From: Actinobacteria bacterium UBA7524
GTDB lineage: Bacteria > Actinomycetota > Coriobacteriia > Anaerosomatales > UBA912
NCBI GenBank assembly: GCA_002478275.1
Contig: DLMY01000007.1
Span: 1 to 55,744 of the forward strand
Reading direction: 5' to 3'
DNA length: 55,744 nucleotides
Under the pieces are notes generated by a model. It did not search any database. It was not told the DNA's origin and saw only the letters and a program-made list of their open reading frames with translations. The translations under genes were made by a program, and so were the position numbers. This document shows positions 9,458 through 19,673 of this stretch, piece by piece. The stretch's first letter is position 1. Each line of letters opens with the position of its first letter.

Positions 9458-12321
9458 CTAAGCCATAACCGCCTGTCGTGCCTTCCACCACGCCCTGAGC
9501 GCTTTGACGAGCTCGTCGATGATGAAGACACTGCTTGCCACCGCGAGGCAGCGAAGCCATTCCACCATGCTCAGAGGCGTCGTGTGGAATGCGGCCTGGG
9601 CCGGCGGCCAATGGATCACGATCGCCTGAAGGACCGCGGCGGCTCCTATGCCGGCGAGCAACCAGCGGTTCGTGAACGGGCCGATCTGGAAGAAGGTCTC
9701 GTCTTGCGACCTTGTCGACAGTGCCCGGAACCACTCGAAAGCAACGAGCGTGGTGAACGCGATGGTGCGTGCGTGCTCGTACGATCCGTTCTCGAGGGCG
9801 TACACGAAGTGCCCGAGAGTGCCGATGGCGATGATGGGCGCAAGCCCGACGATCCTCGTCAGTGTCAGGCGATCTATCACACCCTCTTTCGGGTCGCGAG
9901 GAGGACGCTTCATGACACCCGGATGTCCCGGCTCCAGTCCGAGCGGTATGGTGCACATCCCGTCGGTCACGAGGTTGACCCACAGGATCATCACGGCCGT
10001 CAGCGGAAGAGGGAGGTCGAAGACGATCGCTGCGGTCAGCGTGAGGATCTCCCCGAGGTTCGTGGTCACAAGGAAGAACACCGCTCTTCTGAGGTTCGAG
10101 AAGATCACGCGGCCGCGCTCCATGGCTTCGACGATCGTCGCGAAGTTGTCGTCAGCAAGCACCATGTCTGCGGCTTCCCGTGCCACCTCGGTCCCCGTGC
10201 GGCCCATGGCTATCCCGATGTCCGCCTGCCTGAGCGCAGGAGCGTCGTTGACGCCATCGCCGGTCATTCCTACTACGTTCCCGACAGACTGGAGGGCTTT
10301 CACGATCCTGTGTTTGTGTTGTGGCGACACCCGGGCGAAGACCGTCACGTCCTCGATCTGGTCCGCGAGTCCTTCGTCGGACAGTCCGTCCAGTTGTTCG
10401 CCGGTCAGCGTCAGGCCGTCGTCTCCCGAGATCCCCGCCCGGCGGGCGATCGCCTGTGCCGTCGCGGCATGGTCGCCGGTGATCATGACGACCCGCACAC
10501 CTGCTCGTTGTGCCCTGGCGATGGCTTCCACGGCCTCGGGTCGCTCGGGGTCGAGCAGCCCCCACATGCCTGCGAATACCAGTTCGTCGGCGAGGTGTGA
10601 TTCCTCGATCGAGGTGACCTTCTCGTCGAATCTCAGGTATGCGGCGGCGACAACCCGGAGTGCGTCAGCGGCGAGTTCATCGGCCGCCTTTTCGACCNNN
10701 NNNNNNNNNNNNNNNNNNNNNNNNNNNNNNNNNNNNNNNNNNNNNNNNNNNNNNNNNNNNNNNNNNNNNNNNNNNNNNNNNNNNNNNNNNNNNNNNNNNN
10801 NNNNNNNNNNNNNNNNNNNNNNNNNNNNNNNNNTTCGACCTCGCTTCGAATCTCAGGGGTCAGATCGCGGATCTCGCCGTCGATCTGGATCCTGGCGCAG
10901 CGCTCGAGGACGCGCTCTGGCGCACCTTTGAGAAGCAGGAGAGAGGTATCGTCGAAGCGGTTCAGTGTAGCCATATACTTGCGTTCACTGGAAAACGGCA
11001 ATTCGGCGATGCGCGGGTGGTCTCGGCTGAGCAGCTGGGTGTCGATGCCGGCCTTCATCGCCGCGACCAGGAGCGCGCCTTCGGTGGGGTTGCCTTCTAC
11101 CGTCCATCCGGACCCGGACTGTTCGTGGATGGCGTTGTTGGCCAGCGAGCCGACGTTAAGGAGTCGTTGCAGGTCCTGTTCGTCTTCGGGCGATGAGGGA
11201 CCGTCCTGGTCCCGCGCGGTTATCTCTCCCTCGGGGTCGAAGCCTTCGCCGCTCACGTCGTACCACGTTCGACCCGCCCACATCCGGCGCACAGTCATCT
11301 GGTTCTTGGTGATCGTCCCGGTCTTGTCGGAACAGACGACCGTGGTCGAGCCGAGCGTTTCCACGGCCGGGAGACGGCGGACGATGGCGTTGTGTTCGGC
11401 CATGCGCCGCACGCCGATCGCCAGCACAACGCTGATGACGGCGGGCAACCCCTCCGGTATGGCGGACACGGCTGCCGCGACCGAGAACAAGAGCATCTCG
11501 ACCACTTCGAAACCACGAGCGAGACCGAGGAAGAAGATCACGATGGCTACCGTGATCGCTGCTGCCCCGATGAAGGTACCGAGCCTCGCCAGCCTACGCT
11601 GGAGGGGGGTCTCGTCTTGGCCGGCCTCCTGGACACTGGAAGCGATGTCACCGATGACGGTGTTCATCCCCGTCGCAACCACGACGGCAGAACCACGTCC
11701 GCCCGTGATCGGCGAGGACATCCACAACATATCGACCTTGTCGCCCATCTGCGTGTCTTCCGATACCGGGTCCGTCACCTTCTCCACAGGATCGGACTCG
11801 CCGGTGAGTGCCGACTCATCGACCTGCAGGTCCATGCTCTCCAGCACCCGGGCGTCTGCGGCTACCCGGTCGCCGGTCTCGAGCATCAGGACATCACCGA
11901 TCACGACCTCTTGTGCGGGTATCACCAACACCTGGTCGTTGCGCAGGACGCGCGCTTTCGGGGAGGAGAGTCTGCGCAGCGCTTCGAGTGCTTTGCCCGC
12001 TCGGTACTCCTGCAGGACACCGATGAGGGTGTTGAGTGCTACGACCGCAGCGATCACGGCGGCATCGACCGGGTGACCGGCGGCCAGCGAGACGGCGGCC
12101 GCGGCGACGAGCATGTAGATGAGCGGGCTGCGGAGTTGGTGGAAGATGAGCTGCAGCACAGTGACGCCGTGTTCGGCGCTCAGTTCGTTCGGGCCGTACT
12201 CATCCAGGCGTTCTTCCGCCTGTTCGGGCGTGAGTCCTGACGCCTGCGAGTCCAGGTGTTCCAGGGTCTCCTCGGCGGTCAGGGCATGCCACATATGATC
12301 GGTGTCGCGGGTGGTCTCCAC
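9458..12321 (-). CDS. cation-transporting P-type ATPase (P2A/PacL-like, probably Ca2+); one gene spanning an N-gap
   Basis: YGPNEL, DESALTGES, IPEGLP, DKTGT, KGAPE, MITGD and GDGVNDAPAL. GTG at 12321 follows GGAGG. The two ORF halves join in frame if the gap is collapsed. Confidence 0.9.
10698..10833. other. assembly gap (136 N)
   Basis: Run of N flanked on both sides by TTCGACC. Confidence 0.97.
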
Positions 12322-12454
12322 GGGCGCCTCCGTGCCGTAGGGTACGAGTCGCGGTTTAGTAGTACCTACCCTGTTCTCGGATAGCGCAGCACTTCGATGA
12401 TGTGCCTGAGCGATGCGACGTGTCGCTCGGACGGCCCACTCGCGGGAGAGCGCG

Positions 12455-12483
12455 TTGACCCGGCTGTGGTCGCGCGCTACCAT
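12455..12483 (+). promoter_or_regulatory. sigma70-type promoter of the T-box/ileS leader
   Basis: TTGACC-N17-TACCAT, about 40 nt upstream of the T-box. Confidence 0.65.
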
Positions 12484-12524
12484 CGCACCTACGCGACCTG
12501 GCGTCGCGTGATGGTGTATATCGA

Positions 12525-12804
12525 GGCGACGACGAGGACGAGTAGGACCGCGGCCGGTCACCCACAGAGAGCGGGCTGGTTGGTGGGAACCCGCGTGGCG
12601 GACGGTCCGAATATCACCTCAGAGCTTCGGACCGAGAGCCGTGCCCGGTCAGGGACGGCAGGTAGGCTCCGACGGGCGCTCCCGTTACAGGGCGACCGAG
12701 TGGCGCGTGAGGTGGATGCCTCCCGCAAGCTGGGTGGTACCGCGGGGTGTGACCGATCGATGGCGCGCTTCGTCCCGGCAGACGTGGACGAGCGCGCTTT
12801 CGTT
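12525..12804 (+). ncRNA. T-box riboswitch (Ile specifier) upstream of ileS
   Basis: Stem I with AGTA, AGAGA bulge and GGTGGGAA distal loop; specifier ATC at 12613-12615; CCGTTA element; T-box GGGTGGTACCGCG at 12732-12744; terminator hairpin follows. Confidence 0.92.
12763..12804 (+). terminator. T-box attenuator terminator
   Basis: GCGCGCT(T)CGTCC / GGACGAGCGCGC stem followed by TTTCGTT. Confidence 0.7.
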
Positions 12805-12847
12805 GTCTCCGGCGCCGTGTGGATGCAGTGTTGATGAGAGGGATGAG

Positions 12848-15670
12848 ATGAGCGAGAAGCCCGAGTACAAGAGCACGATGAACCTGCCGCAGACGGAGTT
12901 CCCGATGCGGGCGAGTCTCTCTCAGCGCGAACCGCAGTGGTTGCAGTTCTGGGCGGACAACGATGTGTATGCCAAGCGGCTCGAGCTCAATCGTGACGGT
13001 GAGACATTCATCCTGCACGACGGGCCTCCTTACGCCAACGGGCACATCCACATGGGCACGGCGTTCAACAAGGTCTTCAAGGACCTCATCGTCAAGTACA
13101 AGTCGATGCGCGGGTATCGCTCCCCGTACGTGCCCGGCTGGGACTGTCACGGCCAGCCGATCGAGCACCAGGTCGAGAAGGACCTCGGTCCCGCCAAGAT
13201 GGCGGAGATCTCTCAGGCCGACCTGCGTGCGCTCTGCCGCGAATACGCGATGAAGTTCGTGGGAGTACAGTCCGAGGAGTTCCAGCGCCTCGGGGTCCAG
13301 GGGGATTTCGAGGATCCGTACCTCACGCTCAACCCGGCTTATGAGGCGGGGAATGTGCGGATCTTCAAGGAGATGTATCGCCGCGGGATGATATACAAGG
13401 GCTCGAAACCCATCCACTGGTGTGTCCGGTGCAAGACGGCGCTCGCCGAGGCGGAGATCGAGTATTCCGATGAGACCAGTGACTCGATCTACGTCAAGTT
13501 CTGGCTTCACGATGCCCCTGCGGAGTTCAGGGCGGTAGCCGACAAGGTGGCGGTGCTCATCTGGACGACCACGCCCTGGACGCTGCCCGCGAACGTTGCG
13601 GTCACGCTGGCGCCTGAAGCCGACTACGTCGGAGTCGATACGGGCGGGGAGGTGCTCGTGATCGCCGAGGAACTCGTGGAGCAGGTGGCCGAGGCGGCGG
13701 ACTGGCACGACTGGCGACTCGTGTCGACTGCGGACGGGACGCCGGTGCGGATCAAGGGTGCGGCTCTCGAAGGCCTGACGTACGAGCAACCTATCCATGA
13801 GGGCGTCAGGGGCGTCATCATCACCGGTGAGCATGTCGAGCTGTCCACGGGGACCGGGGCCGTCCACACCGCGCCCGGGCACGGCGAGGAAGACTGGCTT
13901 GTCGGTCAGCGTTTCAACCTGCCCTCACCGATGCCGGTCGACGATGACGGGGTATTCGATGTTGGAGGCGGACGATTCGCCGGGATGCGAGTAGGTGACG
14001 CGAACCCCGAGATCATCGCCTGGCTGCGCGACGAAGGCATGCTCACTGCGTCAGGTAAGACCTCGCACAGCTACCCTCACTGCTGGCGGTGCAAGCAGCC
14101 GGTCATATTCCGCGCGACAGAGCAGTGGTTCGTTTCGATGGACAGAGTCGCCGACGGGTTACGTCCCTTGCGTGAGGGTGCGCTTGAGGCCATCGATACG
14201 GTGAAGTGGATCCCGGCCTGGTCTGTCAACCGCATCAGATCGATGGTGACCGACCGTCCCGACTGGTGTATCTCGAGACAGCGGGCATGGGGTGTTCCGA
14301 TCCCCGTGTTCAGTTGTGCGTCATGCGGCGAGACGGTCGCGACCGATGAGACCTTCGATGCGGTCATCGAGCTGTTCGAGACCCAGGGTGCGGACGCCTG
14401 GTTCACGAAGGACCCCGCCGAATACCTGCCTGCAGGCATCTCGTGTTCCCGCTGTGGCGGTGAGAAGCTGGTGCGTGAAGACGACATCGTTGACGTCTGG
14501 TGGGAATCGGGAGTGTCGCACACGAGCGTGCTCGATGCGCGCGATGAGCTGCATCGTCCCGCAGAGCTCTATCTTGAGGGAACCGATCAGCACCGTGGTT
14601 GGTTCCAGTCAGCACTTCTGACCAGTGTAGGGGCTTACGATTCCGCGCCGTTCAACTCCGTCCTGACCCACGGCTTCATCGTCGATGGCGAGGGCCGGAA
14701 GATGTCCAAGTCCTTGGGCAACGTGATCTCGCCGCTCGAGGTCATCGAGAAGTCGGGCGCCGACATAATCCGCCTGTGGGCGGCGGCGGCCGACTACAGT
14801 CAGGACGTCTCGATCTCGGATGACATCCTTGCGCGGACGAGCGATGCCTACCGCCGCATGCGCAACACATTCCGGTTCCTGCTCTCGAACCTTGAGGACT
14901 TCGACCCCTCGATGGCTGTCGCGTTCGATGAGATGCCTGAGGTGGATCGTTGGGCGCTGGTGCGTCTCGCAGAGGTCGTCGAGCGCGTGACCTGCTCGTA
15001 CGATGAGTGGAGGTTCCACCAGGTCTATCACACGGTCTTCAACTACTGTGTGACGGATCTGAGCGCCTTCTACCTCGACATGCTCAAGGACCGCCTCTAC
15101 TCGGACGCCGCGGACTCCCTCTCGCGTCGTAGCGCCCAGACCGTGCTCGCAGCGGTACTGCGCGATCTCGTTCGTTTAGTGGCCCCCGTACTGACATTCA
15201 CCGCCGAGGAAGTATGGCAGTTCACCCCCCGGTCCCTGCGAGGTGACATCATCAGCGTTCAGCTCGCGGGATGGCCGAACACCGACGTCCTGGATGAGTA
15301 TGCCGATGAGGCTGCAGCGCTACGCTCCGCGTATGTGACGGTGCTGGACGTTCGCGAAGCTGTGACCAAGGCTCTGGAAGACGCTCGCAACGACAAGGTG
15401 ATAGGCAAGAGCCAGGAAGCTGCGGTCAGCATCGAGGCTCCTGCAGCTGTCCTGGAGGTGCTCCGCGAAAGGGGCGTCGCGGCTCTGGCGGAGATGCTCA
15501 TCGTTGCTGTCGTAGAGCTCGTAGAGTCGGAATCGCTGTCCGTGGCGATTCGTGCGGCTGAGGGGGAGAAGTGCCCCAGGTGCTGGAATCTGCGTGAACT
15601 CGGCGTCGATCCTTCTCATCCAGACGTATGCTCCAGATGTGCTGACGTGCTCACCGGTCTTGGTGTCTGA
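12848..15670 (+). CDS. ileS: isoleucine--tRNA ligase (IleRS1 type)
   Basis: LHDGPPYANG, HIGH-variant HMGT, WTTTPWT, GTGAVH, DWCISRQR, KMSKS and a C-terminal CPRC...CSRC zinc finger. Confidence 0.97.
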   Translation: MSEKPEYKSTMNLPQTEFPMRASLSQREPQWLQFWADNDVYAKRLELNRDGETFILHDGPPYANGHIHMGTAFNKVFKDLIVKYKSMRGYRSPYVPGWDCHGQPIEHQVEKDLGPAKMAEISQADLRALCREYAMKFVGVQSEEFQRLGVQGDFEDPYLTLNPAYEAGNVRIFKEMYRRGMIYKGSKPIHWCVRCKTALAEAEIEYSDETSDSIYVKFWLHDAPAEFRAVADKVAVLIWTTTPWTLPANVAVTLAPEADYVGVDTGGEVLVIAEELVEQVAEAADWHDWRLVSTADGTPVRIKGAALEGLTYEQPIHEGVRGVIITGEHVELSTGTGAVHTAPGHGEEDWLVGQRFNLPSPMPVDDDGVFDVGGGRFAGMRVGDANPEIIAWLRDEGMLTASGKTSHSYPHCWRCKQPVIFRATEQWFVSMDRVADGLRPLREGALEAIDTVKWIPAWSVNRIRSMVTDRPDWCISRQRAWGVPIPVFSCASCGETVATDETFDAVIELFETQGADAWFTKDPAEYLPAGISCSRCGGEKLVREDDIVDVWWESGVSHTSVLDARDELHRPAELYLEGTDQHRGWFQSALLTSVGAYDSAPFNSVLTHGFIVDGEGRKMSKSLGNVISPLEVIEKSGADIIRLWAAAADYSQDVSISDDILARTSDAYRRMRNTFRFLLSNLEDFDPSMAVAFDEMPEVDRWALVRLAEVVERVTCSYDEWRFHQVYHTVFNYCVTDLSAFYLDMLKDRLYSDAADSLSRRSAQTVLAAVLRDLVRLVAPVLTFTAEEVWQFTPRSLRGDIISVQLAGWPNTDVLDEYADEAAALRSAYVTVLDVREAVTKALEDARNDKVIGKSQEAAVSIEAPAAVLEVLRERGVAALAEMLIVAVVELVESESLSVAIRAAEGEKCPRCWNLRELGVDPSHPDVCSRCADVLTGLGV

Positions 15671-15725
15671 GCGGCTCTCTCTCTGTCTTTGATCCGATCC
15701 GTCGCATACCTCGATGCCGGTGAGG

Positions 15726-15734
15726 TGCTATACT
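15726..15734 (+). promoter_or_regulatory. extended -10 promoter for the dksA-like-lspA-rluD unit
   Basis: TGcTATACT; a GC-rich hairpin with TTT follows (15747-15773). Confidence 0.45.
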
Positions 15735-15797
15735 TGATGTGATCCCGAGGCGCCCGGAGACCCCGGGCGCTTTCAGATACCGGACAGGACGGAACCG

Positions 15798-16163
15798 ATG
15801 GACAAGACCATGCGTGATGGCTTGCGTGCACACTTGGAGGCCGAGCGTGACCGGCTGGTTTCTGAGGTTGAAGCCATCGACAGGGAAGGTCACGAGGCCC
15901 TCTCGGAGGCCAGCGGGGAGAACAACTACAGAGACCACATGGCCGACCAGGGCAGTGCCACGTTCGCCCGCGAATTGGACATGACGCTGGACGACAATGT
16001 CCGCGAAGCTCTGGACGCCGTCAATCATGCGTTGTTGCGCATGGAAGAGGGGACATACGGCACATGCGCCCGCTGCGGCAAGACGATATCCGAGGAGAGA
16101 CTGGAAGCGATTCCGACCGCCACTCTGTGCATCACGTGCAAGTCAGAAGAAGAATCTCGATAG
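15798..16163 (+). CDS. TraR/DksA C4-type zinc finger protein (YteA/YlyA-like)
   Basis: HMADQGSATFARE, GTYGTCARCG...ERLEAIPTATLCITC. Confidence 0.9.
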   Translation: MDKTMRDGLRAHLEAERDRLVSEVEAIDREGHEALSEASGENNYRDHMADQGSATFARELDMTLDDNVREALDAVNHALLRMEEGTYGTCARCGKTISEERLEAIPTATLCITCKSEEESR

Positions 16164-16699
16164 CGGCACGCAGACCGGCCCTGACCTTCTGGTCCATCGC
16201 CGGTATCCTCGTGCTCTCTGACCAGGCCACGAAGTTCGTGGCCAGGACGTGGCTCGTCCCACAGGAATCGGTTCGTTTGTGGCCGGGCGTCTTCCACATC
16301 ACTCTCGTGCGCAATACCGGTGCCGCATTCGGGCTGATGCCAGGCGCACGCCCGCTCTTCATAGGCACCTCGGTGCTGGTTCTCGTGGGAATCGCCGCGT
16401 ACTGGTGGTGGAGCCGTCCACGTGCCGCATGGGTCGCTGTCGCCCTCGCGCTTGCGGCTGGTGGCGCCTCGGGCAATCTGATCGACAGGACCCTCGCAGG
16501 CAGAGTGACCGACTTCCTGGATATCGCGCTGATCGACTTTCCTATCTTCAACCTTGCTGATATCGCGATCGTCTCGGGGGTCATGATGCTCGTGGTGTGG
16601 ATCCTGATCGGACCAGAGGGCTCAGAAGACTCCCTAGGCCAGTCTGAACAGGGGGACGAGGACCCAGGCGACGCCGTTGTCATCGAGGGGGACGCGTGA
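16160..16699 (+). CDS. lspA: lipoprotein signal peptidase II (start uncertain)
   Basis: DQATK, NTGAAFG, GNLIDR, VTDF and PIFNLAD. No ATG/GTG/TTG precedes the first TM outside the upstream gene; ATA at 16160 overlaps the upstream TAG. Confidence 0.9.
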   Translation: MAARRPALTFWSIAGILVLSDQATKFVARTWLVPQESVRLWPGVFHITLVRNTGAAFGLMPGARPLFIGTSVLVLVGIAAYWWWSRPRAAWVAVALALAAGGASGNLIDRTLAGRVTDFLDIALIDFPIFNLADIAIVSGVMMLVVWILIGPEGSEDSLGQSEQGDEDPGDAVVIEGDA

Positions 16700-17691
16700 G
16701 TTCGGTACACGAGTACATCGTCAGGGGTACCGAAGCGGGTGAGAGGATCGACCGCTTGCTCGGGAACGCCGAGTTCATGGCCTCACGCTCCGCCGCATCG
16801 CGCCTTATCGAAGAGGGTCTGGTCACAGTCAACGGCACGCCGGTGAACAAACGCTACACGGTGCGTTCGGGGGATCGCATCGAAGTCGACATCCCTGCGC
16901 GGGACAAGGGCGATCTCGTACCCGAGGACATCCCGCTCGATATCCGCTTCGAGGACGACGATCTCATCATCCTGAGCAAGCAGGCCGACCTGGTGGTTCA
17001 TCCGGCTCACGGGAACTGGACAGGTACTCTGGTTCATGCGCTGCTCGCCCATGCGCAGGATCTGGGGACCCTACAGGGCGCCGATAGAGCGGGGATCGTC
17101 CATCGGCTCGACAAAGACACTACTGGACTGATGATGGTCGCTAAGAGCGATGCTGCGCAGGCCGCGCTGGGTGAAGCAATCAAGATACGGGCCGTTGACA
17201 GGCGCTATGTGGCACTGGTTCATGGCTACATCGCCCCCGACAACGGACTGGTGGACGCTCCGCTCGCCCGCGACCAACGGGATCGGATGAAGATGGCAGT
17301 ATCCGATCATCCGAGTGCGAAACAGGCGGTGACCACGTTCAACGTCTTGGAGCGTTTCTCGGCCGGTACCCATGATGATGGGTACACCCTGATCGAGTGC
17401 AAGCTGTACACAGGGAGGACCCATCAGATTCGGGTGCACATGGCCTACATCGGTCACCCCTGCGTGGGAGATCAGTTGTACGGGAGTCGGAAGGTGAAGG
17501 CCGACAGGCATCTCGAGCGGCAGTTCCTGCATTCGTATCGCCTTGAACTGCAGCATCCGATGACGGGGGAATCCCTGTTCTTCCTCGACTCGCTGCCAGA
17601 AGACCTCACGGGGGTCATTCGCGAGATCCAGTGCGAATCCATGGGTAGGACGGCGCTTGGCGATGAGATTCTAAGTTCCATAGGTCTGTGA
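16696..17691 (+). CDS. rluD: RluA/RluD-family pseudouridine synthase with S4 domain
   Basis: RIDRLL S4 domain, VHRLDKDTTGL and TGRTHQIRVH. Confidence 0.92.
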   Translation: MSSVHEYIVRGTEAGERIDRLLGNAEFMASRSAASRLIEEGLVTVNGTPVNKRYTVRSGDRIEVDIPARDKGDLVPEDIPLDIRFEDDDLIILSKQADLVVHPAHGNWTGTLVHALLAHAQDLGTLQGADRAGIVHRLDKDTTGLMMVAKSDAAQAALGEAIKIRAVDRRYVALVHGYIAPDNGLVDAPLARDQRDRMKMAVSDHPSAKQAVTTFNVLERFSAGTHDDGYTLIECKLYTGRTHQIRVHMAYIGHPCVGDQLYGSRKVKADRHLERQFLHSYRLELQHPMTGESLFFLDSLPEDLTGVIREIQCESMGRTALGDEILSSIGL

Positions 17692-17716
17692 GCCATCGCA
17701 CGGCTGGGATACACTC

Positions 17717-19207
17717 ATGACGTCGAACCGCTCGATGTCGCGACAGAAAGAGCAGGGGATCTTGGGACTCGGGCCGAATCGCGTCGCACTGCGCATCGCA
17801 TCGGGCTACGTCGCCGCCGCCAGCGTCTGGATACTGGTGAGCGACCGGATGACGGAGCTGTTCGACCCTCATGTCTCGCAGGTGTTGCAGACCTACAAGG
17901 GCATCGCATTCGTCGTGGTGACCGGCGCGGTCCTGTACCTTCTCGTCCGAAAATGGGCGAACAGGTGTGAGAGCTCCACCCGAGCGCTGAGTCGTGCTGA
18001 GACTGAGGCGCGCGAGCTGGTCGATCGTTACCGCACACTTGTCGAGAACTCCATGCTCGCCATCGTCATGCTCGACGGAGACGGCAACGTTTCAGGCTGG
18101 AATCCGGCGGCAGAGAGGATGTTCGGCTGGACGGCCGACGAGATCCTGGGTCGGCCTAATCCTATCGTGCCACCGGAAGATGCCGAGGAGTACCACGCGG
18201 TCCTGAACAGCCTGTTCGAGGAGGAGCGCTCCAGGACCCTCACTGCGCGCCGCGTCCGCAAGGACGGAGAGCTGATCGATGTCCACATCTATACCGCATC
18301 CATGGTGGACGACGACGGCACGGCGCGCGGGGCGATGGCGATCCTGCTGGATATCACGGAGCAGCTTGCGGCCGAGGCGGAATTGCGAGAGAACCGAGAG
18401 CGTCTCGAGGAAGCGGTCGCTGATCGTACCCGGGAACTGATTCTGGCGAACGACCGCCTGAAGCGGGCAACGCGGGTCAAGAGCGAGTTCCTGACGAACA
18501 TGAGTCACGAGTTGCGCACACCGCTCAACTCGATCATAGGGTTCAGCGGGGTGCTCTTACAGGGCCTTGCCGGACCGGTGAACGAGCAGCAGACGCAGCA
18601 ACTCACGATGATCTACAAGGCGGGGCAGCACCTGCTTGCTTTGATCAACGATATCCTCGACCTGTCCAAGATCGAGGCTGGGCGCGCTGTGGTCAGTACG
18701 GTCGACTTCGATCTGCGCGACCTGATCTCATCGGCGGTGGACGCCGTTCGTGAGGAGGCGCGCGGCAAGGGGCTTGCGGTCGAGTCGGCGATGCCGGATG
18801 TGCCGTTGAGGACCGATACCGACCGGGCGAAGGTGCAACAGATCGTCAGCAATCTCCTGAGCAACGCCGTGAAGTTCACCGCTGAGGGTTCCGTGTACGT
18901 GAAAGTGGAGTCGCTGTGCGAGGGGGAACGGTTCAAGATCGTAGTCGCGGATACCGGTCCGGGGATACCCGATCGCGAACAGGCGGCGGTGTTCGACGAG
19001 TTCGTACAGTCTACGCGCAGAGCTGAGGGCAAGCCTGCGGGAACAGGGATGGGGTTGGCGATCTCCAGGCGATTGGCCAGGATGCTCGGAGGCGACGTGA
19101 CGCTGCGAAGCGTGGTAGGGGAGGGATCCGAGTTCGCGCTCGAGTTGCCTTCGAGCTACGAGGAGAGGCTTGCGCGCGACGGCATCGCTGACGTGATGCC
19201 CGAGTGA
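17717..19207 (+). CDS. membrane PAS-domain sensor histidine kinase
   Basis: Two N-terminal TMs (WILVSD...QTYKG); PAS (WNPAAERMFGW); H-box MSHELRTPLN; NLLSNAVKFT, DTGPGI and GTGMGL. Confidence 0.92.
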   Translation: MTSNRSMSRQKEQGILGLGPNRVALRIASGYVAAASVWILVSDRMTELFDPHVSQVLQTYKGIAFVVVTGAVLYLLVRKWANRCESSTRALSRAETEARELVDRYRTLVENSMLAIVMLDGDGNVSGWNPAAERMFGWTADEILGRPNPIVPPEDAEEYHAVLNSLFEEERSRTLTARRVRKDGELIDVHIYTASMVDDDGTARGAMAILLDITEQLAAEAELRENRERLEEAVADRTRELILANDRLKRATRVKSEFLTNMSHELRTPLNSIIGFSGVLLQGLAGPVNEQQTQQLTMIYKAGQHLLALINDILDLSKIEAGRAVVSTVDFDLRDLISSAVDAVREEARGKGLAVESAMPDVPLRTDTDRAKVQQIVSNLLSNAVKFTAEGSVYVKVESLCEGERFKIVVADTGPGIPDREQAAVFDEFVQSTRRAEGKPAGTGMGLAISRRLARMLGGDVTLRSVVGEGSEFALELPSSYEERLARDGIADVMPE

Positions 19208-19289
19208 CTCCAGGGATTTGTCGCCCAAATAGGGGACAATCCCATTAGCTGCGATACCTTCGGTTCGATACAGTGCCGGGAGGCGTGAA

Positions 19290-19673
19290 ATGGGTGCAAG
19301 GATACTTGTAGTAGAGGACGACCCTCAGAACCAGTACCTCGTGCGATTCTTGCTCGAGCGGGCAGGTCACGAGGTCATCGTCGCTGTTGACGGGCAGCAG
19401 GCCGTCGATATCGCCGAGCAGTCAGCCCCGGACCTGGTACTCATGGACATGCTGCTTCCCCGTATGGACGGCTGGGCTGCCACGCGCGCCCTGAAGCAAC
19501 AAGCAGGATTCTCAGCACCGATAGTCGCACTGACGGCGTACTCCATGAAGGGTGACCGCGAGTCCATCCTCGCGGCGGGTTGTGACGGATACATCTCGAA
19601 GCCGATAGACCCGGAGACATTCGTGGAGGAGATCGAAGAGTATATCGTCGGGCCGAACGGGAGCGGTGAATGA
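19290..19673 (+). CDS. single-domain response regulator (CheY/DivK-like)
   Basis: LVVEDD, LMDMLLP, ALTA and SKP; no output domain. Confidence 0.93.
   Translation: MGARILVVEDDPQNQYLVRFLLERAGHEVIVAVDGQQAVDIAEQSAPDLVLMDMLLPRMDGWAATRALKQQAGFSAPIVALTAYSMKGDRESILAAGCDGYISKPIDPETFVEEIEEYIVGPNGSGE

Noticed and set aside
9458..12561. P-type ATPase as a frameshifted pseudogene or two genes
   Set aside because: The frame break is explained by the N-gap with duplicated flanks. The ORF extension to 12561 overlaps the ileS promoter and T-box.
12641..12847. N-terminal extension of IleRS in the ORF track
   Set aside because: This is the T-box leader; homology starts at ATG 12848.
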